Assembly: GCA_032128875.1 (NCBI GenBank)
Contig: JAVLKG010000002.1
Span: 128,001-192,000, forward strand
Source of the DNA: Candidatus Melainabacteria bacterium 17Bon1m
Lineage (GTDB): Bacteria; Cyanobacteriota; Vampirovibrionia; Obscuribacterales; Obscuribacteraceae
Reading direction: 5' to 3'
DNA: 64,000 nucleotides
Below, piece after piece: positions 57,399 to 64,000 of this stretch (position 1 is its first letter; each line of letters starts with the position of its first letter). Both the position numbers and the translations under genes were made by a program. The notes under the pieces were generated by a model. It did not search any database. It was not told the origin of the DNA and worked only from the letters and a program-made list of their open reading frames with translations.

Positions 57399-60300
57399 CT
57401 ACGTTTTCAAAAAATCATCGACAAAGATTTTTACTTTCTTGAATTCTTCTTGCAGTAGGCCTAGAGTGGCTTCTGCTGGTTCCCAAGCAGACTTTTTGGC
57501 TGATTGTTCGATTTCGAGGCTGAGTCTGGTCAGATTGTCGGCGCAAAGCACTGCGGACAAACCCTTCAGCTGGTGCGCTGTTGCTGCCAATTCTCTGTCA
57601 GACCGAGAATCTATTTGTGTTCTGGCTGATGCCAAGAGCTCCGTCGCCTCTGAGAGGAACATCTTGAGAATGTCGTGCAGGTCATCGTCTCCATAAAGTT
57701 TTCTCAGCTCATTGAGATTAATTGGCAGGGTCGCATCACCATTGACGCTATTTTTTGCGTCTCCTTTTGAGCTCTCATCTGTTGACATTTCCGGGTGCTC
57801 CGTCGAGGGCATTGGTTCCAGTGTGCTGTTGAGCGCCAAAGGTATCCATGAGGCGATTACTCGTCTCAATTGATCGTGGCCGACCGGCTTGCTCAAATAG
57901 TCGTCCATTCCTGATCGAATACAGCGCTCTCGGTCCGACGGCATAGCACCCGCAGTCATTGCCACAATTGGCACGCGCCCACCTGCAGTTTCTTCAAGCC
58001 GCCGAATTTCCAAGGTCGCTTCATAGCCGTCCATCTCCGGCATCTGGCAGTCCATAAAAATCGCATCGAAACGAGAATTTTTGTGATCCTCTGAGTGTTT
58101 TTGATTTTGCTTTTCAAACTCAGTAACAGCTTCTTGCCCGTTGGAGACAATCACTACATCCAGCCCGAACTTGCGCAATTGCCGCTCGGCGAGCTGCTGC
58201 AAGACTGGGTTATCTTCCGCAAGTAGCACTCTAAACTTGCCGTCTTTGGTTATCGGCGTTTCTGATTGAAACGCTCCTTTATAGACAAGATCATCGAGCG
58301 CGCGGTCAAAACCTAGTTCCACTGCCTCAGGCATCGACAAAATTTCTTGCCCGCGAAATCCTGGTTTCAAAACCACTTCCAACAGGTGCGCGCGCCGCAG
58401 CGGTTTTACAAGACACGCTGCTACTCCGTCTGTGACCGCTTTCTCCATTCGTTCTTTTTCATCAAATGATGCCACCAGCACCACTCGCCCGGCTGTCTCT
58501 GAGTGTGACTCTATGATCTTCTTCGCCAGCGCAAATCCATTGAAGCTGTCCTGTGACGCATCCACGATTGTGACCGTGTAATTGACTTTGTCGCGCACTG
58601 CTTGCGCCAGCAATTCGTGCGCTTCTTCCGGACCTGCGGCTTCGGCAACTTTGATTCCGGCGCTGGATAAATAGGATGTGATGATGCTGCGTGAAGAGGG
58701 GGATGAATCGATAACAAGGACATCAAAAGGCACTACCACTTGCAATTGTTCTGCCTTCAAGTCTGGTTGTGCCGGCCATTTTTCTCGCTCTAGTGGCACA
58801 GTAAACCAGAAGGTCGAGCCTTTCTTTTCTTCGCTCGAAACCCCGATTTCACCGCCCATCATCTCCACGAGGCGTTTGCTGATTGACAGTCCCAGTCCGG
58901 TGCCGCCGTATTTGCGTGTCGTGGATCCATCCGCTTGCGCAAACGGCTGGAAGAGGCGTTTTCTTGCTGCTTCCGACAAACCTATGCCTGTGTCGGTCAC
59001 TTGAAATAGGATGACGACGCGCTCATCTGATTCTCTAAACTTCGAAGCTTTGACCAGAATTTCGCCGTTTTCAGTAAACTTAATTGCGTTGCTCGCTAGA
59101 TTGAGCAGTACTTGACGCAGACGCACCGGGTCGCCTTTGACATATTGCGGAATAGACGGATCGCAAAAAGTCATCAACGCCAGCCGCTTGCGACGCGCCG
59201 ACGATGCCAACCAGTCCGCGCACCCTTCGACAATCGAGCGGACATTCAAATCGATGACTTCCAATTCCAACCTTCCTGCTTCCATCTTCGAGAAGTCGAG
59301 AATGTCATTGATGATAGTCAAAAGTGATTGCGCAGACTCGTTGACGATTTTGACAAAACTGCTTTGCTCGCTGGAAAGCGTAGTATCCATGAGCAATTCG
59401 GTCATGCCCAGAACAGCAGAAATCGGCGTACGAACCTCGTGTGAAATGTTCGCAACGAATTCCGACTTCAATTTTGATGCTTCCAGCGCTTCGTCGTACG
59501 CGAGTTCTAGTTTGTGAGTGAGGATTTCAAGTTCTTGGTTGACGGCGGCTAGAATGCTGACACGCTGAGCAAGGTCCTCGTTGAGTTGTTTTACTTTGTC
59601 TTCCGCCGCCTTCAGGTCGGAAATATCCATCAAAAGCCCGTTCCAGAGAACATCGCCGTTTTCCAAATATTCGGGCGTGGACGTCGCGCGCACATATTTC
59701 ATTGTGCTGCCGATTAAAATACGCATCTCGAATTTGAAAACCGACATTGATGCCGCTGATTTTTCAATCGCTTCATTCAGAGGACCGCGATCGTCAGGGT
59801 GAATGTTGACGAATGCGAGATTAGAGTCGTTCTCGATTTCGTGGCGTTCAAAGCCGAACAATGCACGGCAGCTCTCGCTGATGTACGGGAAATGATAGGA
59901 GTTGTCGCTCTTTTTCTTCAGGAATTGATAAATGACGCCAGGCAAATGTCGCGCCACATTATTGATGCGCGCGCTTACGTCTTCCAGCTGCGCTTCAGTT
60001 TGGCGACGCAGTGTTATATCATGCGCGACACCGTAGATGAGATTTGTCTCTATGTTAGAAGACGCGCTCCACATCAGCCATTTGATGCTGCCGTCTTTGG
60101 CTATATAGCGGTTTTCAAAGAAGTGAATGTTCTTTCCGTTAGTGAGGAATTCGGCTTGTGCGGCAGTGGCTTCGCGATCTTCCGGGTGAATAAGTTCCAG
60201 ATAGGGGCGCGAAAGCAGCTCTTCCTGTGAGTAGCCTAATACTTTGGTCCACTCTGGATTTACCTGTTTGAAGTAGCCGTCAAATCCTGCGACGCAGAAG

Positions 60301-61127
60301 AGTTCGTTAGAAAGCGTGAAGAAGATGTTTGCTTCAGCCAGCTCGCGCGTGCGCTCTTCGACTTTTGTTTCCAGGTCGGCATGCGCCGCGAGCAAACTGT
60401 CCTCTGCTCTTTTTCTGTCTGTGATGTCTTGGCTGAAAACCATGACGCCGGTAATTTTTCCATCCTTGTCTCTGAGCGGAATTTTGTCCACTAAAAGCCA
60501 GAGAATTTCGCCGGCTGAATTCACATATCGGTCGACAATGCCGAATTTCGCTTCGCCGGAATTGATGACACTTAGGTCGTCTTTGTGATACTTTGCAGCG
60601 TCTTCAGGATAAAGGTCGTAAGTCGATTTCCCGACGATGGTTTCCGTCGTATAGCCCATCGATTCGGCAGCCGGCTTGTTGGCGCGCAAAATGATGTTGT
60701 GGGGGTCCTTGTACCACAGCAATGCAGGCACATTGTCAAAAATAATTTGCTGTTCGGCTCTCGCCGCTCTTTCTTGCTGGACGAAATCGGTCAAATCGAC
60801 CGTCATTCCAAAGAGTTTCGTTTTCCCTTCTTTGATTTGAATATTGATGAGATCTTTGAGAAAGATCGTCTCGCCAGTCGGTTTTTTCCATTCATAAACC
60901 TCGGCCGCGCCGCTCGTCGCAAACCAATTCGCGTCAATCGTCGCTCCTGAGTCCAGAGCGTTCTTGATTCCAGGGTTTATAAAAGATGTTTTCCCCTGCA
61001 AAATCTCTTCTGCGGAATATCCCAGAAGCTTTTTTGCAGGCGTGCTTACAAAGGTGAAACGAAAGGGGGCAAGCTCTGCCTCCCAGATAACGCCGTCTAG
61101 GCTCTCTAAGATTTTTTTGTCAGTCAT
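57399..61127 (-). CDS. Hybrid histidine kinase: multiple PAS, HisKA/HATPase, two receivers, Hpt
   Basis: IHPEDR/IHPDDR PAS, SHEVRTP, GGTGLGL, MDCQMP, AHQLKG. Confidence 0.95.
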   Translation of the reverse strand: MTDKKILESLDGVIWEAELAPFRFTFVSTPAKKLLGYSAEEILQGKTSFINPGIKNALDSGATIDANWFATSGAAEVYEWKKPTGETIFLKDLINIQIKEGKTKLFGMTVDLTDFVQQERAARAEQQIIFDNVPALLWYKDPHNIILRANKPAAESMGYTTETIVGKSTYDLYPEDAAKYHKDDLSVINSGEAKFGIVDRYVNSAGEILWLLVDKIPLRDKDGKITGVMVFSQDITDRKRAEDSLLAAHADLETKVEERTRELAEANIFFTLSNELFCVAGFDGYFKQVNPEWTKVLGYSQEELLSRPYLELIHPEDREATAAQAEFLTNGKNIHFFENRYIAKDGSIKWLMWSASSNIETNLIYGVAHDITLRRQTEAQLEDVSARINNVARHLPGVIYQFLKKKSDNSYHFPYISESCRALFGFERHEIENDSNLAFVNIHPDDRGPLNEAIEKSAASMSVFKFEMRILIGSTMKYVRATSTPEYLENGDVLWNGLLMDISDLKAAEDKVKQLNEDLAQRVSILAAVNQELEILTHKLELAYDEALEASKLKSEFVANISHEVRTPISAVLGMTELLMDTTLSSEQSSFVKIVNESAQSLLTIINDILDFSKMEAGRLELEVIDLNVRSIVEGCADWLASSARRKRLALMTFCDPSIPQYVKGDPVRLRQVLLNLASNAIKFTENGEILVKASKFRESDERVVILFQVTDTGIGLSEAARKRLFQPFAQADGSTTRKYGGTGLGLSISKRLVEMMGGEIGVSSEEKKGSTFWFTVPLEREKWPAQPDLKAEQLQVVVPFDVLVIDSSPSSRSIITSYLSSAGIKVAEAAGPEEAHELLAQAVRDKVNYTVTIVDASQDSFNGFALAKKIIESHSETAGRVVLVASFDEKERMEKAVTDGVAACLVKPLRRAHLLEVVLKPGFRGQEILSMPEAVELGFDRALDDLVYKGAFQSETPITKDGKFRVLLAEDNPVLQQLAERQLRKFGLDVVIVSNGQEAVTEFEKQNQKHSEDHKNSRFDAIFMDCQMPEMDGYEATLEIRRLEETAGGRVPIVAMTAGAMPSDRERCIRSGMDDYLSKPVGHDQLRRVIASWIPLALNSTLEPMPSTEHPEMSTDESSKGDAKNSVNGDATLPINLNELRKLYGDDDLHDILKMFLSEATELLASARTQIDSRSDRELAATAHQLKGLSAVLCADNLTRLSLEIEQSAKKSAWEPAEATLGLLQEEFKKVKIFVDDFLKT

Positions 61128-61163
61128 TTAATGGTCGGAGCCATATGCCGGAAAGAAACCAAT

Positions 61164-61218
61164 AAATCCATTCAAACCCGTCTAGAGCTAATCAGACCTA
61201 TCCAAATCCATTCAAACC
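61164..61218. promoter_or_regulatory. Perfect 15-bp direct repeat upstream of the hybrid kinase, possible operator
   Basis: AAATCCATTCAAACC at 61164 and 61204. Confidence 0.35.
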
Positions 61219-61437
61219 AAGTTCTATCCAGGTTGAAGTGTAAAATTCAAGTTTCTCCGCAATATCCAGCATAGCTCACCCGACAGGAAGGCGGATCTAT
61301 TAATGAACTTGCCGGGCAAGATCGCTACATTTCTATGTAGGTCTCCGGGTAATAGCGCATCTACTTGTTAACTGGTTGTCGGGTAGCTGCGCCGAATTCC
61401 TTGACCTATCACTGCAACTTACTGGAAACTCTGAAAT

Positions 61438-62004
61438 ATGCGACGCCGTCCCCCTCAAATCATTGCCATCTGCGGTGGCTCCGGCTCCGGCAAATCCACC
61501 CTGGCGCGCAAGTTCGTCGGCGCGGCTGTGCTGGCAACCGACAGCTTCTATAAGGATATTGACGATTTAAAGCCCCGAGAGGACGGTACTTTCGATTTCG
61601 ACCACCCAGACGCTGTAGATTTGGACGAGTGCGCCGACGCGTGCATTAAACTTGCCGATGGCGAGGACATTATGATTCCGGTGTACGAGATGCGCAGCGC
61701 TAAGCGAGTTGGTCAGCAGATGGTGCCGGCTCCAACGAATTCTATTGTTGTGATTGAAGGCATTTACGCTTTCCACAATCCGCTGCACGAAATCGCGACG
61801 CTTCGTATCTTTATAGATACTCCAATCGATCAGCGCATGGCTCGCAGACTGCGTCGGGACGTAGAACGCGGGCGATCGACTCTAGAGTCGATTCAGTATA
61901 GTCTGCACGTTGAGGAAGCTTATTCGCGTTACGTTGAGCCAATGAGACATCTTGCCGACCTTATTTTGATGGGTGAAGAGATGCGAGGCAGTTTTTCGCT
62001 GTAG
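61438..62004 (+). CDS. udk: Uridine kinase family protein
   Basis: GGSGSGKST, DSFYKD, FDHPDAVD, IEGI, RRLRRDVERGR. Confidence 0.8.
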   Translation: MRRRPPQIIAICGGSGSGKSTLARKFVGAAVLATDSFYKDIDDLKPREDGTFDFDHPDAVDLDECADACIKLADGEDIMIPVYEMRSAKRVGQQMVPAPTNSIVVIEGIYAFHNPLHEIATLRIFIDTPIDQRMARRLRRDVERGRSTLESIQYSLHVEEAYSRYVEPMRHLADLILMGEEMRGSFSL

Positions 62005-62133
62005 CTCACCGCAATTCGCTGCAATACGCTGCAAGTCAGTGAAATCCGCGAGCAGTCCACTTAAATCTGCTGCAGTAATTAGTTAAGGACACTGGTGTCG
62101 TCGCCATTTTGAGGGGAAACAGAGGCTTTTATC

Positions 62134-63450
62134 GTGCAACTGAAGAAGCTTGATAATGCTCTGATTCTGATCTTCATTCTAGCCGCGCTTCTAGTGAGAG
62201 TGCCCTTTCTCTTCATCGTGCCCATGGTTGAGGCGCCCGATGAATATGCTCACTTCTGGGTTACAAAATTTTTGAGTGAAAACTTCACCGCGCCGGACGC
62301 CGCGCAGGTTGCGGCGGGCGGTCCATCTGCCGTTTATGGCTCACTGCCGCCTTTTGCTTACCTTCCACATGTGCTCTTTTCGCACTTAATTCCGGGTGTC
62401 GATATCTCCTTTTCCGAACGCATCGGTAGCATCCTTGGTGGACTCGTTACAGTCTTTGCTGCGTGTCGCATAAGCGCATTGCTGTTTGCCTCTAATCGTG
62501 CTCTTCGTCTTGCGCTTCCTCTGTGCGTTGTCCTGCATCCTCAATTTGGCTTCGTCAATGCATATTGCAATAGTGACTCTACCGCGTGTGCTTTTGCTTC
62601 GCTTTTGATTTGGACGAGCCTCGTGGTGATCTTTCGTGGACCTGAATTGCGATACGCCGCATTTGCCGGAATCTTGTGCGCTTTTATCGCTTTGAGCAAG
62701 TTTTCGGCATTGGCGATTGTGCCAGTCATTTTCTTTGCAATAATCGCATCGTGTTGGATCTATAAAAAGAACGCCGTGCAGACGGTCGCTTCTTTGGGTT
62801 TGACAGCCCTCACTGCGGCACTCATTTGTGTGCCCTGGTTTGCCCGCAATGCTGCCGTCTTTCATGGTGACTGGTTGGGCACCATCACCATGCGCGACAC
62901 CTGGGCCAAAACGTTTAATCGCTCGATTGAGCCTGTTAGTTTATCGTCGGTACTAAAACAAAAGGTATGGTGGCAACAATTATTTTGCAGCTTTTGGGCT
63001 GTCTTTGGATATCAAAAACACTATCTGCCAGCCGGTTTTTACCTCGCCTACCTTTCTATGATTCTCATTTCTAGCGCCGGCACTTTCACACAAATTTCAC
63101 AAGCAGTTCGCGCGAGATCAATTTCCTTTGATTTCCTGAGACGCCTTAGAGAAGGTGATGATGTGAGGTTGAAACATCAAGCGGCCTGGCTCAGCTTGTG
63201 GGTTTGCGTCGCATTTAGTTGTGCAGGACTTCTCTATGCTGCAGTGCAAAATCTAGGTGGTCCGCAAGGTCGATATCTGTTTCCCAGCGAAATTGCATTC
63301 ATGGCAATTATCCTTTCTGGACTTTATGAAGTTAATCAGAAGTGGGGCACACGGCTGGTCTTTGCTTTCATCGGTCTTAATGGAGTGACACTCATTTATT
63401 CTATGATTTTGCTTTACTCTATGTTCGGCGTGCGCATAAAGCCCTATTGA
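62134..63450 (+). CDS. GT-C fold membrane glycosyltransferase-like (DUF2142/PMT-like)
   Basis: EAPDEYAH, YCNSD, LSK, QGRYLFP; paralogue of 47823. Confidence 0.75.
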   Translation: MQLKKLDNALILIFILAALLVRVPFLFIVPMVEAPDEYAHFWVTKFLSENFTAPDAAQVAAGGPSAVYGSLPPFAYLPHVLFSHLIPGVDISFSERIGSILGGLVTVFAACRISALLFASNRALRLALPLCVVLHPQFGFVNAYCNSDSTACAFASLLIWTSLVVIFRGPELRYAAFAGILCAFIALSKFSALAIVPVIFFAIIASCWIYKKNAVQTVASLGLTALTAALICVPWFARNAAVFHGDWLGTITMRDTWAKTFNRSIEPVSLSSVLKQKVWWQQLFCSFWAVFGYQKHYLPAGFYLAYLSMILISSAGTFTQISQAVRARSISFDFLRRLREGDDVRLKHQAAWLSLWVCVAFSCAGLLYAAVQNLGGPQGRYLFPSEIAFMAIILSGLYEVNQKWGTRLVFAFIGLNGVTLIYSMILLYSMFGVRIKPY

Positions 63451-63487
63451 ACTTCACCTTGATTACACGAAAAACACACAATTTTGT

Positions 63488-63861
63488 CACGCAAATCTAA
63501 GGTACCGGCCGCATTTGCGTGGGAATGCTTCTGATAGAAGAAAAAAATCGATAGTGGAGGAACGTGTGATTCCTAAGGCTAGAACCTCTGGAAGGTTTGC
63601 CACCTTGAGTGCGGTCGCCTGCCGCTGGCAAGGAACCGCTAAGTAATCGGTTGGTTTGCGGCAGTACTCTGCCATCATCCACGGTGAGTGCGAGGCTCAT
63701 TTAGGATTGGATAAGGTCAAAGCAGATCAGACTAGACCTTAGCAGACCAACCGATCAATTTTCAGAAAAGAAACTCTACTGAAGCTGTGGGCAAGTGCCG
63801 AGTGTCGGGTTTCCCCCGAACGAACGCCGAGGAGCCGTACGCGGCTCTTCGGTGCCTTTTT
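63488..63861 (+). ncRNA. Candidate ~370-nt structured RNA of unknown family
   Basis: Successive hairpins, a 14-bp stem (63646-63659 / 63742-63755) closing a multi-way junction, and a terminal terminator-like hairpin. Confidence 0.5.
63825..63861 (+). terminator. Intrinsic terminator-like hairpin
   Basis: CGCCGAGGAGCCG-TACG-CGGCTCTTCGGTG then CCTTTTT; G-U pairs favour +. Confidence 0.7.
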
Positions 63862-63864
63862 ACC

Positions 63865-63977
63865 TGCTGGCGTTGGGGCCTGCTGGCGTGGGGGCTTGCT
63901 GGCGTGGGGGCTTGCTGGCGTGGGGGCGCGTTGCACGCGCCCGATTTTTTTATGGTCGCGTGCAACGCGACCCCACG
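63865..63977. repeat. Tandem 16-bp REP-head units followed by an inverted REP pair
   Basis: TGCTGGCGTGGGGGCT-like x3-4, GTGGGGGCGCGTTGCACGCGCCC, GGTCGCGTGCAACGCGACCCCAC. Confidence 0.85.
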
Positions 63978-64000
63978 ATATTATTTAGGTCGCATGAATG

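Noticed and set aside
63829-63854. Group II intron domain V (GAGCCGTACGCG)
   Set aside because: Only the first 12 nt fit; it folds as a short terminator hairpin, with no domain VI or reverse transcriptase nearby

Overview
Bacterial chromosomal window. The gene repertoire (many TPR proteins, MBOAT plus SGNH-like pairs, DUF3160-like protein, cyanobacterial-type SerA and KaiC, no photosynthesis genes here) suggests a non-photosynthetic Cyanobacteriota relative such as Vampirovibrionia/Obscuribacterales; this is inference only. Positions 1-14,070 form an AT-richer, all-plus-strand accessory island that abuts the 3' end of a tRNA-Pro(TGG). It carries a DUF4041/T5orf172-like protein, two Rx4H (HEPN-like) proteins, a TPR-fused protein, a trypsin-like protease, a 1,130-aa helical protein, a dead IS3/IS407-group element and an IS481 stub, so it looks like a defence island. 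The rest is core-like: cell-surface modification genes, a TPR-CHAT caspase-like protease, a SpoIID-like protein, a kaiB-kaiC-PAS histidine kinase operon without kaiA, a double-thioredoxin protein with a PEVK-like repeat, a DUF3160-like protein, serA, a penicillin-acylase family protein, a hybrid kinase and udk. Intergenic gaps are filled with two REP-like palindrome families, some expanded into tandem arrays, and one copy lies in frame inside the CHAT gene. Three long non-coding stretches (about 38.9-39.4 kb, 40.65-41.27 kb, 63.49-63.86 kb) show dense base-pairing potential and match no RNA family I recognise; two of them may be diverged homologues. Domain calls are by eye from motifs; no database search was run.
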